64,000 nucleotides of DNA, from positions 672,001 to 736,000 of the forward strand of contig CAWGVS010000005.1 of assembly GCA_963826115.1 (NCBI GenBank), written 5' to 3'. The notes under the pieces are model-generated. The model saw nothing but the letters and a program-made list of their open reading frames with translations. It ran no database searches and was not told the origin of the DNA. The translations under genes were made by a program, and so were the position numbers. Shown in pieces: positions 29,641 through 40,544 of this stretch. Numbering within the stretch: position 1 is the stretch's first letter; each line of letters begins with the position of its first letter. The DNA comes from an uncultured Candidatus Rokubacteria bacterium. Lineage in GTDB: Bacteria > Methylomirabilota > Methylomirabilia > Rokubacteriales > DASRDR01.

Positions 29641-32082
29641 GTGTTCGAGCGATTCACCGAGCGTGCGCGCCGCGTCATCATCCTGGCCCGCGAGGAGGCC
29701 GGACGGTTCCGCCACGACTTCGTGGGGACCGAGCACATCCTGCTCGGGCTGATCCGCGACGGGGAAGGGATCGCGACGGCCGTCCTGCAGCGTCTCGGGC
29801 TTCGCCTCGAGACCGTCAAGAGCGAGGTCGAGCGGGCGCTCGCGGGCTTCCCCAAGACGCTCACGTTCGGCGAGGTCCCGTTCACGCCCCAGGCCAAGCG
29901 GGTGCTGGAGCTGTCGATCGAGGAAGCCCGGCAGCTCGGGCACAACTACATCGGCACCGAGCACCTCCTTCTCGGCGTCATGAAGGAAGGGCAGTCGATC
30001 GCCGCGAAGATCCTGGAGTCTCTCGGGGCGCGGCTCGACGAGGTCCGGCAGGAGACCCTGGCCCTCCTGGGCGACCAGTACTACCCCCGTCCGAAGAAGC
30101 GCAGCCAGACCCCCGTCCTCGACGAGTTCGCCCGGGACCTCACCCAGTTCGCGCGCGACAGCAAGCTCGACCCCGTGATCGGGCGCGAGACGGAGATCGA
30201 GCGGGTCATCCAGATCCTCTCCCGGCGGACGAAGAACAACCCGGTCCTGATCGGCGAGCCCGGAGTGGGCAAGACGGCCATCGTGGAGGGCCTCGCCCAG
30301 AAGATCGTCAACCACGACGTGCCGGACGTCCTGGTGGGGAAGCGTCTCCTCCAGCTCGACCTCGGCGCCCTCGTGGCGGGCACGAAGTACCGCGGGCAGT
30401 TCGAGGAGCGCCTGAAGGCCGTCATGAAGGAGATCCGGCAGTCGGAGAACGTGATCCTCTTCCTGGACGAGCTCCACACGCTGATCGGCGCCGGCGCGGC
30501 CGAAGGCGCCATCGACGCCTCGAACATGCTGAAACCCGCGCTTTCCCGCGGCGAGATCCAGTGCATCGGGGCGACGACGCTCGACGAGTACCGGAAGCAC
30601 ATCGAGAAGGACGGCGCGCTCGAGCGGCGCTTCCAGCCCATCATCGTCCGCGCCCCGTCGCCCCAGGAGGCCGTCGAGATCATCAAGGGTCTCCGGCCGA
30701 AGTACGAGGCGCACCACCGCGTGAAGATCAGCGACGCGGCGATCGATCTCGCGGTGAAGCTGGCCGACCGCCACATCACCGAGCGCCACCTGCCGGACAA
30801 GGCGATCGACGTGATCGACGAGGCGGCGAGCCGGACGCGGCTCCAGGCCATGACCCCGCCGGCGACCATCAAGGAGCTCGAGAAAGAGATCGAGCGGGTC
30901 GTCCGGGAAAAGGACATGTTTTTGGAGGCGCAGGAGTTCGAGAAGGCCGCCTCGCTCCGGGAGAAGGAGAAGGCGCTCCGGGGCCGCGAGGAAGAGCTCA
31001 AGCGCGAGTGGGAGAAGAACAAGAACCGGCAGACCCAGGTGGTCGGCGAGCAGGACATCGAGTACATCGTGTCCCGCTGGACCGGCATTCCGCTTTCCCG
31101 GCTCGAGGAGAAGGAGTCGGCGAAGCTCGCGCGCATGGAAGAGGCGCTCCACGCGCGGGTGGTGGGCCAGGACGACGCGATCCGCGCGATCTCCCGGGCG
31201 ATCCGCCGCTCGCGGGCCGGCCTCAAGGATGTGAAGCGCCCGGTGGGCTCTTTCATCTTCCTGGGTCCCACCGGTGTCGGGAAGACGGAGCTCGCGCGGG
31301 CCTTGGCCGAGTTCCTCTTCGGGGACGAGAACGCCCTGATCCGGGTCGACATGTCCGAGTACATGGAGAAGTTCTCGGTGTCCCGTCTGCTCGGGGCCCC
31401 GCCCGGATACGTCGGGTACGAGGAGGGCGGCTACCTCACGGAGAAGGTGCGGCGGCGCCCGTACTCGGTCGTGCTGTTCGACGAGATCGAGAAGGCGCAC
31501 CCCGACGTGTTCAACATGCTCCTCCAGGTGCTGGACGACGGCCGCCTGACCGACTCCCTGGGCCACGTCGTCGACTTCAAGAACACGATCCTCATCATGA
31601 CGTCGAACCTCGGGACGGCGCTCATCGGCAAGCGCACCACCCCCGGCTTCCTGTCGGCCTCGGCCGAGGACACCTACGACCGGATGAAGGAGCGGGTGCT
31701 GGAGGAGCTCAAGCGGGCCTTCCGCCCCGAGTTCATCAACCGGATCGACGAGGTGATCGTGTTCCACTCGCTCAGCGAGGATCACATCCGCGGCATCGTG
31801 CAGCTGATGATGGACCGCGTGAACCGGCAGCTCGAGGAGCGGACGATCCGCGTCAGCCTCTCCGCCGAGGCGGTGAACTTCCTGATCGAGAAGGGGTACG
31901 ACGCGACGTACGGCGCCCGGCAGCTCCGGCGCATCATCCAGAAGCACATCGAGGATTCGCTGGCCGAGTCCATCATCGCGGGACGGATCCAGGACGGCGT
32001 GCAGCTCGAGGTGCGAGTCCAGGGTGAGGGGCTCGTCTTCGAGCCCGTATCCGAGCCTTCACTGAGCCTGGCGGAGCGCTGA
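29641..32082 (+). CDS. clpC: ATP-dependent Clp protease ATP-binding subunit ClpC
   Basis: [20 protein letters not shown], two GTEH repeats, GEPGVGKT and [11 protein letters not shown]-like M-domain ([10 protein letters not shown]). Confidence 0.96.
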   Translation: MFERFTERARRVIILAREEAGRFRHDFVGTEHILLGLIRDGEGIATAVLQRLGLRLETVKSEVERALAGFPKTLTFGEVPFTPQAKRVLELSIEEARQLGHNYIGTEHLLLGVMKEGQSIAAKILESLGARLDEVRQETLALLGDQYYPRPKKRSQTPVLDEFARDLTQFARDSKLDPVIGRETEIERVIQILSRRTKNNPVLIGEPGVGKTAIVEGLAQKIVNHDVPDVLVGKRLLQLDLGALVAGTKYRGQFEERLKAVMKEIRQSENVILFLDELHTLIGAGAAEGAIDASNMLKPALSRGEIQCIGATTLDEYRKHIEKDGALERRFQPIIVRAPSPQEAVEIIKGLRPKYEAHHRVKISDAAIDLAVKLADRHITERHLPDKAIDVIDEAASRTRLQAMTPPATIKELEKEIERVVREKDMFLEAQEFEKAASLREKEKALRGREEELKREWEKNKNRQTQVVGEQDIEYIVSRWTGIPLSRLEEKESAKLARMEEALHARVVGQDDAIRAISRAIRRSRAGLKDVKRPVGSFIFLGPTGVGKTELARALAEFLFGDENALIRVDMSEYMEKFSVSRLLGAPPGYVGYEEGGYLTEKVRRRPYSVVLFDEIEKAHPDVFNMLLQVLDDGRLTDSLGHVVDFKNTILIMTSNLGTALIGKRTTPGFLSASAEDTYDRMKERVLEELKRAFRPEFINRIDEVIVFHSLSEDHIRGIVQLMMDRVNRQLEERTIRVSLSAEAVNFLIEKGYDATYGARQLRRIIQKHIEDSLAESIIAGRIQDGVQLEVRVQGEGLVFEPVSEPSLSLAER

Positions 32083-32108
32083 CCTCCCGGTCCCGGTTCG
32101 CCCGAGGA

Positions 32109-34442
32109 GTGCCCTCGACCCTCGTTGAGGGGCGCCCGCAGGGGAGGCCCAGGACGAGAGGGCAGGTCCTTCTCCCGACGCTGGTCGCGCTTCTGGCCCT
32201 CGTCGCCGGGACGGCATGGGCTCAGCAGACCCAGGCCCCGGCGCCGACCCCGGAGTCGCGCCCGCTGCCTCCCGTGCCCGTCGTCCGCGACATCGCGGTC
32301 GAGGGCAATCGCCGGATCCAGGCCCCGGCCATCCTGAACCGGGTATCGACCAAGATCGGCGACCCGATGGCCCCCGCCGCGCTGCGGGACGACGTGCGCT
32401 CCATCTTCGGCCTCGGGTTCTTCGACGACGTGCAGGTGCGCACCGAGGAGTTCGAGGGCGGGGTCCGGGTGATCTTCGCGGTGGCCGAGCGGCCGCTCCT
32501 CCGGGAGGTGAGCTTCGAGGGGAACTCGGAGCTCAAGACCGAGGAGCTCCGCGAGAAGGCCACCATCCGGGTCGGCGTGCTCTACAACCCCGTCGAGGTG
32601 CAGAAAGCCGAGGAGGGGATCCGGCAGAAGTACGAGGACGAGGGGTTCTTCGGCGTCCAGATCACCCCTCGCACCGAGCGGACCCCCGAGGGCGACCTCC
32701 GGGTCGTGTTCCGGATCGAGGAGGGGCCGAAGCTCCACATCGACCGGATCATCATCGAGGGGAACCAGGCGCTCACCGCGAGCCAGATCAAGGGCGCGAT
32801 GTCGACCAAGGAGAAGATCTACTGGATCTTCCCGTTCTCCACGGTCCAGCGGAAGATCTTCGACGACGACGTCGACCGGATCCTCCAGCTCTACGGCGAC
32901 CACGGGTTCATCCAGGCCCGCGTGGAATCGACGGAGATCATCCCGGACCTGACCCGGAAGAAGGTCACGCTCAAGGTCCGGGTGGTGGAGGGGCCGCAGT
33001 TTCACACCGGCACCGTCACCATCACCGGCAACGAGCTCCTGTCGAACGAGGAGGTCCGCAAGCTCGTGCAGCTCCAGGAAGGCGCCGTGTTCAGCCGCGG
33101 CGCGCTCCGGAACTCGGTCCGGGCGATCGTCGACCGGTACTCCGAGTTGGGCCGGGCCCGCGCCGAGGCCGACCCGCGGACCCAGAACGACCTGGCGAAC
33201 CTGAAGGTCGACGTGTTGATCCCCATCGTCGAGGGCGGGCCGGTCTACGTCGAGCGGATCAACATCAGCGGCAACACGAAGAGCTCGGAGAAGGTCCTGC
33301 GCCGGGAGCTTCGGGTGGCCGAGGGCGAGCTGTTCACCTTCCAGAAGCTGGTGCGGAGCCGGCAGCGGCTCTTCAACCTCGGCTTCTTCGACGAGGTGAA
33401 CGTCGGCACCGAGCAGGGGACGACGCCGGACAAGATCGTCGTGAACATCGACGTGAAGGAGCGGGCGACCGGCGTCTTCAGCATCGGCGCGGGCTACTCG
33501 AGCCTGGACAGCCTGTTCGCGACCCTCGACGTGAGCCAGCGGAACCTTTTCGGCCGCGGCCAGGAGATCTTCCTCCGGATCCGGCTCGGGACCCAGAGCC
33601 GCCTCGGTCTCATCGGGTTCACCGAGCCGTACCTCTTCGACATCCCGCTCCGCGCCGGTTTCGACATCTACGACCGGGAGCGGGAGTACGACGACTTCAC
33701 GGAGGAGCGTCTCGGCGGCGACATCCGGGCCAGCTACCCCCTCACGGAGTTCATGACGCTGTCCGGCGTTTACCGGCTGGAGGACGTCACGATCTCCAAC
33801 ATCTCGCCGACGGCCAGCCAGGACCTGAAGAGCGAGGAGGGCACGAAGCTCAACTCGGTGATCGAGCTCTTGCTGGCGCGCGACACGCGGGACAACATCT
33901 TCGAGCCCTCCAAGGGCAGCCGGAACTCGCTGGAGTTCATGTTCGCGGGCCTCGGCGGGGACACGCAGTTCTACAAGATGATCGCCGAGTCGTCGTGGTT
34001 CGTACCGCTGCCGGTGTTCAACCTGGTGTGGGCGGTTCGCGGGCTCTTCGGCATGGCGGAGGGGTGGGGCGGCCAGGAGGTTCCGATCTTCGAGCGCTTC
34101 TTCCTGGGCGGCGCCACGACCCTGCGCGGCCAGCGGACGCGGTCCGTCGCGCCGAAGGACGCCCAGGGCGAGGTGATCGGCGGCGACAAGGAGCTCCTGT
34201 TCAACACCGAGCTGCTCATCCCGGTCTTCGCGCGGTTCCGCCTGGCGCTGTTCTTCGACGCTGGTAACGCATACGGTTTCGGCACCGACTTCGATCCCAC
34301 GGACCTTCGGTACGCGGCCGGCGCCGGTGTGCGGTTTTTCTCCCCGCTGGGCCCCATGCGGCTCGATCTGGGCTACAACCTGGACAAGCAGCCGGGAGAG
34401 AAATCCTGGCAGGTCAACTTCACGGTCGGGGCCCCGTTCTAG
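32109..34442 (+). CDS. bamA: Outer membrane protein assembly factor BamA
   Basis: Signal peptide, POTRA-like repeats (GN..), GAGYSS, RNLFGRGQ, FTEPY, SPLGP, terminal F. Confidence 0.96.
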   Translation: MPSTLVEGRPQGRPRTRGQVLLPTLVALLALVAGTAWAQQTQAPAPTPESRPLPPVPVVRDIAVEGNRRIQAPAILNRVSTKIGDPMAPAALRDDVRSIFGLGFFDDVQVRTEEFEGGVRVIFAVAERPLLREVSFEGNSELKTEELREKATIRVGVLYNPVEVQKAEEGIRQKYEDEGFFGVQITPRTERTPEGDLRVVFRIEEGPKLHIDRIIIEGNQALTASQIKGAMSTKEKIYWIFPFSTVQRKIFDDDVDRILQLYGDHGFIQARVESTEIIPDLTRKKVTLKVRVVEGPQFHTGTVTITGNELLSNEEVRKLVQLQEGAVFSRGALRNSVRAIVDRYSELGRARAEADPRTQNDLANLKVDVLIPIVEGGPVYVERINISGNTKSSEKVLRRELRVAEGELFTFQKLVRSRQRLFNLGFFDEVNVGTEQGTTPDKIVVNIDVKERATGVFSIGAGYSSLDSLFATLDVSQRNLFGRGQEIFLRIRLGTQSRLGLIGFTEPYLFDIPLRAGFDIYDREREYDDFTEERLGGDIRASYPLTEFMTLSGVYRLEDVTISNISPTASQDLKSEEGTKLNSVIELLLARDTRDNIFEPSKGSRNSLEFMFAGLGGDTQFYKMIAESSWFVPLPVFNLVWAVRGLFGMAEGWGGQEVPIFERFFLGGATTLRGQRTRSVAPKDAQGEVIGGDKELLFNTELLIPVFARFRLALFFDAGNAYGFGTDFDPTDLRYAAGAGVRFFSPLGPMRLDLGYNLDKQPGEKSWQVNFTVGAPF

Positions 34443-34467
34443 GTCGGTGGCCGTCAGAGGTGATGCC

Positions 34468-35010
34468 ATGAGAAACGGATGGGCAGTAGGGGTCTTCGCG
34501 CTGGTGGTCGCGGGGCTGGTCGGCGGACCGGCGGCGCGCACGGAAGCCGCGGGGACCCGCATCGGGTACGTCGACGTCCAGAGGGTCATCGTGCGCTCGG
34601 TCGCCGGCGTGGCGGCGCGGGAGCAGCTCGAGCGCGAGAAGGTGACCATGCAGAAGGACGTCGACAACCGCCGGGTGGAAGTCGACAAGCTCCGCGAGGA
34701 GATGGAGAAGAAGGGGCTGGTGTTGTCGGCCGAGGCGCGCCGCGAGAAGGAGGAGACCCTCCAGCGGAAGGTGCGCGACCTCCGGCGGCTCGCCGAGGAT
34801 CTCGAGAAGGAACTCCAGAAGAAGGAGCAGGCGGCCACGCAGAAGATCCTTCTGGAGCTGACCGGGATCATCGAGAAGATGGGTAAGGAGCGCGGGTTCC
34901 TCCTGATCGTCGAGCGGCGAAGCGGCGGCGTCATCTACGGGGATCCGGAAGGCGACGTCACCGACGAGGTGATCAAGCTGTACGACCAGGAGAAGGCGAA
35001 GAAGCAGTAG
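34468..35010 (+). CDS. skp: Periplasmic chaperone Skp/OmpH
   Basis: Signal peptide, RIGYVDVQR, long charged coiled coil, DVTDEVIK; follows bamA. Confidence 0.92.
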   Translation: MRNGWAVGVFALVVAGLVGGPAARTEAAGTRIGYVDVQRVIVRSVAGVAAREQLEREKVTMQKDVDNRRVEVDKLREEMEKKGLVLSAEARREKEETLQRKVRDLRRLAEDLEKELQKKEQAATQKILLELTGIIEKMGKERGFLLIVERRSGGVIYGDPEGDVTDEVIKLYDQEKAKKQ

Positions 35011-35011
35011 G

Positions 35012-36070
35012 ATGCCCGCGCGCTCCCTCGGCGAGCTGGCCCGTCTGGTCGGCGGAGACCTCGAGGGGGATCCGTCGCTCGAGATCCGCGGCTTCGCGAG
35101 TCTCGAGAGCGCGGGCGCGGGGGACCTCTCCTTCGTCGTCTCCGAGCGCCACCTCGCGGCCGCGCGGCGGAGCTCGGCCGCCGCGCTGATCGCGCCCCCG
35201 GGGCTCGACGTGGCGGGCCGCCCGGCGATCCGGGTCGTGCAACCGTACGCCGCCGTCGCCGCGGTCGTCCGCGTGTTCTTCCCGGAGCCGGCGGTGGCCC
35301 CCGGCGTCCACCCGACCGCGCACATCGCCGACGGCGCGAGCGTCGCGCCAACCGCCACCGTGGGCGCGTATGCCGTGATCGGCGAGGGCTCCACGATCGA
35401 GGACCGGGCCGTGCTTCACGCCCACGTCTTCGTGGGCCCGGACTGCCGGGTCGGGGCGGAGAGCGTCCTCCACCCGCACGTCGTGCTGCGCGCGAGCGTG
35501 TCCCTCGGGCGCCGCGTGATCGTCCACCCCGGGAGCGTGCTCGGCGCCGACGGATTCGGCTACGTGTTCGACGGTCAGGCGCACCGGAAGATCCCCCAGG
35601 TGGGCGGGGTCGTGGTGGAGGACGACGTCGAGATCGGGGCGAACGTGGCCGTGGACCGGGCGACCCTCGGCGAGACCGTGATCGGCCGCGGGACCAAGAT
35701 CGACAACCTCGTGCAGATTGGCCATAATACCGTCGTCGGCGCGGGCGCCATCATCGTCGCGCAGGCGGGCATCGCGGGGTCGTGCCGGATCGGGCGCGGC
35801 GTCGTGATCGGCGGGCAGGTGGGCCTGGCCGACCACGTGACGATCGGCGACGGCGCGCAGATCGGGTCTCAGTCCGGCGTCCATCGCGACGTGCCGGCGG
35901 GCGCGGGGATGATCGGGACGCCGGCGATACAGGGCGACGCGGGGCTGCGCGCCCTGGCCGCCATCGGGCGCATCCCGGACCTCCTGCGGGAGGTGCGCAT
36001 GCTCGGCCGGCGGCTGGCGGCGCTGGAGCGGAAACTCGGGGCGGAAGGAGGACCCGCGGCGCGTGGGTGA
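35012..36070 (+). CDS. lpxD: UDP-3-O-acyl-glucosamine N-acyltransferase
   Basis: Hexapeptide repeats, [30 protein letters not shown]. Confidence 0.97.
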   Translation: MPARSLGELARLVGGDLEGDPSLEIRGFASLESAGAGDLSFVVSERHLAAARRSSAAALIAPPGLDVAGRPAIRVVQPYAAVAAVVRVFFPEPAVAPGVHPTAHIADGASVAPTATVGAYAVIGEGSTIEDRAVLHAHVFVGPDCRVGAESVLHPHVVLRASVSLGRRVIVHPGSVLGADGFGYVFDGQAHRKIPQVGGVVVEDDVEIGANVAVDRATLGETVIGRGTKIDNLVQIGHNTVVGAGAIIVAQAGIAGSCRIGRGVVIGGQVGLADHVTIGDGAQIGSQSGVHRDVPAGAGMIGTPAIQGDAGLRALAAIGRIPDLLREVRMLGRRLAALERKLGAEGGPAARG

Positions 36071-36848
36071 GCGGACGTCGGAGATCCATCCCACCGCGGT
36101 CGTCCACCCGGACGCGCGCTTCGGGCCCGGGGTGCGGGTCGGCCCGTTCGCGGTCATCGGCCAGGGCGTGTGCCTCGGCGAGGACGTCGAGATCGGCCCG
36201 CACGTGGTGCTGGAGGGGCCGCTCGAGATCGGGGCCCGCTGCCAGATCCACGTGGGGGCGGTGATCGGCCTGCCGCCACAGGACCTGAAGTGGAAGCCGG
36301 GCACGCCGTCGGGCGTGCGGATCGGCGAGGGCACGGTGATCCGTGAGTACGCGACGATCCACCGGGCGTCCACGCCCGACGGCTTCACGGTGCTGGGCAG
36401 GGAATGCTACCTGATGGCGCAGGGGCACATCGCCCATGACTGCCAGATCGGCGACCACGTGATCATGACCGGTTACACCGCGCTCACCGGCTTCGTGCAG
36501 GTCGGCGACCGCGCGGTGATCTCCGGCCTGACGGGGATCCACCAGTTCGTGCGGATCGGGACGATCGCGATGGTGAGCGGGTGCTCGCGGATCGGCCAGG
36601 ACGTGCCGCCGTACTTCATCGTCGAGGGGAACCCGGCCGAGGTGCGCGGGGTGAACATCGTCGGGCTGAGGCGCGCCGGCGTGCCGGCGGACGTCCGGCT
36701 CAACATCCAGCGCGCGTACAAGATCCTCTACCGGTCGGGGCGAGCCCCCGGGCCGGCGCTCGAGCAGATCCGCAGCGAGGTCGAGCCATCACCGGAGATC
36801 GAGCAGCTCTGCGACTTCATCGCGTCGTCGAAGCGCGGGATCTGCTAG
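36063..36848 (+). CDS. lpxA: UDP-GlcNAc(3N) acyltransferase LpxA
   Basis: [45 protein letters not shown]. Confidence 0.96.
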   Translation: MGERTSEIHPTAVVHPDARFGPGVRVGPFAVIGQGVCLGEDVEIGPHVVLEGPLEIGARCQIHVGAVIGLPPQDLKWKPGTPSGVRIGEGTVIREYATIHRASTPDGFTVLGRECYLMAQGHIAHDCQIGDHVIMTGYTALTGFVQVGDRAVISGLTGIHQFVRIGTIAMVSGCSRIGQDVPPYFIVEGNPAEVRGVNIVGLRRAGVPADVRLNIQRAYKILYRSGRAPGPALEQIRSEVEPSPEIEQLCDFIASSKRGIC

Positions 36849-36857
36849 GGGAGGGAG

Positions 36858-37865
36858 ATGGGCAAGCGCGAGCAGAACCGGCTGCGGGCCGGGGTCGTCG
36901 GGGCCGGCCACATGGGGCAGTACCACCTCCTGGTCTACGCCGAGCTGTGGGACGTCGACCTCGTGGGCATCGTGGACACCGACGCGGGGAAGGCGGCCCG
37001 CCTCGCCGCGCAGTACGATTCGCAGGCCTTCGCCGACCACCGCGAGCTGATCGGCAAGGTGGACGTGGTGTCCATCGCCGTGCCGACTCCGCTCCACTTC
37101 CAGGTCGCGAAGGAGCTCCTCGAGGCGGGGGTGAGCGTCCTGGTCGAGAAGCCGCTGACGCCGACGCTGGAAGAGGCCCGCGACCTGTTCCGGATCGCCC
37201 GCGAGCGGAACGTCGTGCTGCACGTCGGCCACGTCGAGCGGTTCAACGGGGCGGTGCAGGAGCTCCGCAAGATCGTCGCCAGCCCCATCCTGGTGGAGTC
37301 GCGGCGGCTCGGGCCCTTCGTCCCGCGGGTGCAGCACGACACCGTGGTCATGGACCTGATGATCCACGACATCGACATCGTGCTCGGGCTCGTGGACAGC
37401 GAGGTCCGGCGGATCAGCGTGGCGGGCTCGCGCGTCCACTCGGCGCGCTCCGACGTCGCCAACGTGCAGATCCTGTTCGAGAGCGGCACGGTCGCGAACA
37501 TCACCGCCAGCCGGGCCACCGAGCACAAGGTCCGGACGCTCGCGATCACGCAGCCGGACGCGTACATCTTCCTCGACTACACGGATCAGGACATCCAGAT
37601 CCACCGGCGGGCGGCTTCGGAGTACGTGCTGAACCGGGAGTCGATCCGCTACCGGCAGGAGTCCTTCGTCGAGCACCTGTTCGTGCACAAGGAGAACCCG
37701 CTCAAGTCGGAGATCCTCCACATCGTCAAGGCGGTTCGCGAGGCGCAGCGGACGGGCGTGGTCGAGCTCCTCGAGCAGGACGACGTCCGCTCGCTGGCCG
37801 TGGCGCTCGAGATCGAGCGCATGATCGAGGAAGGTCGGCCGAACCTCGACTGGCCGCCCCGCTGA
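36858..37865 (+). CDS. Gfo/Idh/MocA oxidoreductase, GnnA-like (UDP-GlcNAc 3-dehydrogenase candidate)
   Basis: VVGAGHMG, IAVPTPLH, VEKP, GHVERFN, DLMIHDID; directly after lpxA. Confidence 0.8.
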   Translation: MGKREQNRLRAGVVGAGHMGQYHLLVYAELWDVDLVGIVDTDAGKAARLAAQYDSQAFADHRELIGKVDVVSIAVPTPLHFQVAKELLEAGVSVLVEKPLTPTLEEARDLFRIARERNVVLHVGHVERFNGAVQELRKIVASPILVESRRLGPFVPRVQHDTVVMDLMIHDIDIVLGLVDSEVRRISVAGSRVHSARSDVANVQILFESGTVANITASRATEHKVRTLAITQPDAYIFLDYTDQDIQIHRRAASEYVLNRESIRYRQESFVEHLFVHKENPLKSEILHIVKAVREAQRTGVVELLEQDDVRSLAVALEIERMIEEGRPNLDWPPR

Positions 37866-37869
37866 GGGG

Positions 37870-38691
37870 ATGGCCGAGGCGCTGGGCCTCGTCGGCGGTG
37901 CCGGGGCGCTGCCGGCCCTGATGGCCCGCGAGGCGCGCCGCGCCGGCTGGCGCGTGATCGCCTTCGCGCTTGGGCCCCCGGACCTCCTCGAGCCCCACGC
38001 CGACCGCGTGGTGCCCTGCCAGCTGGGCGACGTCGGGCCCATCCTGGAAGTGCTCGGCGAGGAGGGCATCCGGCACGTGGTGCTCGCCGGCCGGGTGCGG
38101 AAGGACGTCCTGTTCCAGGGCGCCCCGCTGGATTCGGCCGCGCGCGATCTCCTCTCCCGGGCGAAGGACTGGACCGACGAGGGGCTCCTCGGCACGGCGG
38201 TGCGGGTGCTCGGCTCGATGGGCATCGAGGTGCTCGACCAGCGGAGGTTCCTGTCGCCCTGGCTCGTGCCCTCGGGCGCGGTGGCCGGCCCGCCGGTCCC
38301 GACGGAGTCCCGGGCGGACGTGGAGCGCGGCCTTGTCCTGGCCCGCGAGATGGCGGAGCGCGGCGTCGGCCAGACGGTCGTCCTTCGCGCCGGATCGGTG
38401 GCCGCGGTCGAGGCCATGGAGGGGACCGACGAGGCGGTGCGCCGGGGTCTGGCCCTCGCGGGGCGGGGCGCGGTCGTGGTCAAGGCGGCCGCGCCCGCGC
38501 ACGACTACCGGCTCGACGTGCCCACGGTCGGCCCGGACACGGTCGACCGCTGTGTCGCGGGCGGGGCGGCCGTGCTGGCGCTCGAGGCGGGGCGCGTGCT
38601 GCTCCTCGAGCGCGAGCAGGTCGAAGCGCAGGCGGCCCGGACGGGGATCAGCATTGTCGGGGTCGCGGAGCGGCCGGGCGTCGTCGACTGA
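37870..38691 (+). CDS. lpxI: UDP-2,3-diacylglucosamine diphosphatase LpxI
   Basis: LGLVGGAGALP, VGQTVV, AVEAMEGTD, DYRLDVPTVG, LALEAG. Confidence 0.9.
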   Translation: MAEALGLVGGAGALPALMAREARRAGWRVIAFALGPPDLLEPHADRVVPCQLGDVGPILEVLGEEGIRHVVLAGRVRKDVLFQGAPLDSAARDLLSRAKDWTDEGLLGTAVRVLGSMGIEVLDQRRFLSPWLVPSGAVAGPPVPTESRADVERGLVLAREMAERGVGQTVVLRAGSVAAVEAMEGTDEAVRRGLALAGRGAVVVKAAAPAHDYRLDVPTVGPDTVDRCVAGGAAVLALEAGRVLLLEREQVEAQAARTGISIVGVAERPGVVD

Positions 38692-39826
38692 CGTTCTGAT
38701 CGTGGCCGGCGAGGCCTCGGGGGACCTCCACGGGGCCACGCTGGCGCGGGCGCTCGCGTCGCTGGCGCCCGGCATCCGCATCGCCGGCATGGGCGGGGCG
38801 CGGATGGCGGCCGCCGGGGTCCGGCTCGTCCGGCGCGCCGAGCGCGTCACCGTCGTTGGCGGCACGGAGGTGTTTGGCCGCCTGCCCGCGCTCTGGTCCG
38901 CGTTCAAGGCGCTGCGGCGGGTCGTCCAGTACCGCCGGCCCGGGGTCCTCGTCCTGATCGACTTCCCGGAGTTCAACCTGCGCCTGGCGCGGATCGCCCG
39001 GCGGCGCGGCGTGCCGGTCGTGTACTTCATCGCCCCCCAGCTCTGGGCCTGGCGGCCCGGGCGCGTCCACACCATGGCGCGGGACGTGAGCCGCGTCCTG
39101 GCGATCTTTCCCTTCGAGGTGGGCCTCTACCAGGAGGCCGGCGTGCCGGTCGAGTTCGTCGGGCACCCGGTGCTCGACGTCCTGCCCGAGCTCTCGCGAG
39201 ACGCCGCGCGCGCGGAGCTCGCGGCCGAGGGTGAGACCCTGGTTGGCCTCCTTCCGGGCAGCCGGGACGCCGAGGTACGGCGTCACCTGCCCGTGCTGCT
39301 GGAGGTCTCGCGGCGGATCACGGCACGCCGGCCGCGCGCGCGGTTCGCGATCCCGGTCGCGTCGACCATCGCGGTGTCCGACGTGCGGGCGGCGGCGGAG
39401 GCCTCGAGCCTCCGGGTGACCGTCCTGCCGGGCGAGGCCTACCGCGTGATGGCGGCGGCGGACCTCGTGCTGGTCGCCTCGGGGACGGCGACGCTCGAGA
39501 CCGCCTGCTACGGGACGCCGATGGTCGTGCTGTACCGGCTGTCGGCGGTGTCCCACGCGATCGCCCGCCGCCTGGTCCGCGGCGTGACGCACATCAGCCT
39601 TCCGAACATCGTGGCCGGGCGCGAGATCGTGCGGGAGTTCATCCAGGACGACGCCACGCCGGAGGCGCTGACGGGAGCCGCGATGGAGCTGCTCGGGGAC
39701 GACGTGGCCCGGGCGGCGCAGCGGGCGGCGCTGGCCGAGGTGCGGGTCCGTCTCGGCGAGACCGGTGCCGCGCTGCGGGCCGCGCGGGCGGTCCTGCGGG
39801 AACTCGATGGGACCTCGGGTCGCTGA
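38654..39826 (+). CDS. lpxB: Lipid-A-disaccharide synthase
   Basis: IVAGEASGDLHG, IDFPEFN, PQLWAWR, FVGHP, LLPGSR, SGTATLE; probable TTG start. Confidence 0.96.
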   Translation: MSGSRSGRASSTDVLIVAGEASGDLHGATLARALASLAPGIRIAGMGGARMAAAGVRLVRRAERVTVVGGTEVFGRLPALWSAFKALRRVVQYRRPGVLVLIDFPEFNLRLARIARRRGVPVVYFIAPQLWAWRPGRVHTMARDVSRVLAIFPFEVGLYQEAGVPVEFVGHPVLDVLPELSRDAARAELAAEGETLVGLLPGSRDAEVRRHLPVLLEVSRRITARRPRARFAIPVASTIAVSDVRAAAEASSLRVTVLPGEAYRVMAAADLVLVASGTATLETACYGTPMVVLYRLSAVSHAIARRLVRGVTHISLPNIVAGREIVREFIQDDATPEALTGAAMELLGDDVARAAQRAALAEVRVRLGETGAALRAARAVLRELDGTSGR

Positions 39827-40544
39827 GCCGGCACGGGCGGGCGCGCTCGCGCGCGAGCGCCGCCGGCCCGGCCAGGCCCTGGCGGGCTCGCGGCCGGTGG
39901 TCGCGATGGGGCGGGGGCTCGTGCGCCTGCTCGCCCGGAGCCTCCGGCTCCGCGAGTTTCCCTCGCCGGGGCTCCGGATCCTCTGGCGCGACGGCACGCC
40001 GGTGATCTACACGGTCTGGCACGGGCAGATCCTGCTTCTGCCGTGGATCTACGGGCGGCGTTACCGGCTCCACGCGCTGACGAGCCGGTCCCGCGACGGC
40101 GAGATCTTGAGCCGGTTCATCCAGGGCTTCGGGATTCGCGTGGTCCGGGGCTCCTCGTCCCGCGGCGGCGCCCGCGCCCTTCTCGCCCTGGCCCGGGTGA
40201 TCAAGGACCTCCGGGAGAACGTGCTGATCGTCCCCGACGGGCCGCGCGGGCCGCGCCGCGTCGCGCAGAATGGCGCCGTCGTGCTGGCAAAGATGACCGG
40301 CGCCCCGATCGTGCCGCTGGCCTTCGGCGCCGTCCCGTGCCGCGTGCTCCGATCGTGGGACCGGTTCGTGGTGCCGAATCCGTTCGCGCGGGCCGCCGTC
40401 GTGTTCGGCGAGCCCATCCTCGTGCCGCGCGACGCCGACCGGGAGGGCATGGAGACGAAGCGCCGGGAGCTGGAGGCGGTCCTGACCCACGTGAGCGCCG
40501 AGGCGGACCGCGTCGCCGGGGGAGCCCGTGTACCGCGTCTATAG
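39807..40544 (+). CDS. DUF374 acyltransferase-family protein (LpxJ-like)
   Basis: WHGQI, SRSRDGE, VRGSSSRGG, PDGPRGP, SWDRFVVPNPF; between lpxB and waaA. Confidence 0.85.
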   Translation: MGPRVAEPARAGALARERRRPGQALAGSRPVVAMGRGLVRLLARSLRLREFPSPGLRILWRDGTPVIYTVWHGQILLLPWIYGRRYRLHALTSRSRDGEILSRFIQGFGIRVVRGSSSRGGARALLALARVIKDLRENVLIVPDGPRGPRRVAQNGAVVLAKMTGAPIVPLAFGAVPCRVLRSWDRFVVPNPFARAAVVFGEPILVPRDADREGMETKRRELEAVLTHVSAEADRVAGGARVPRL

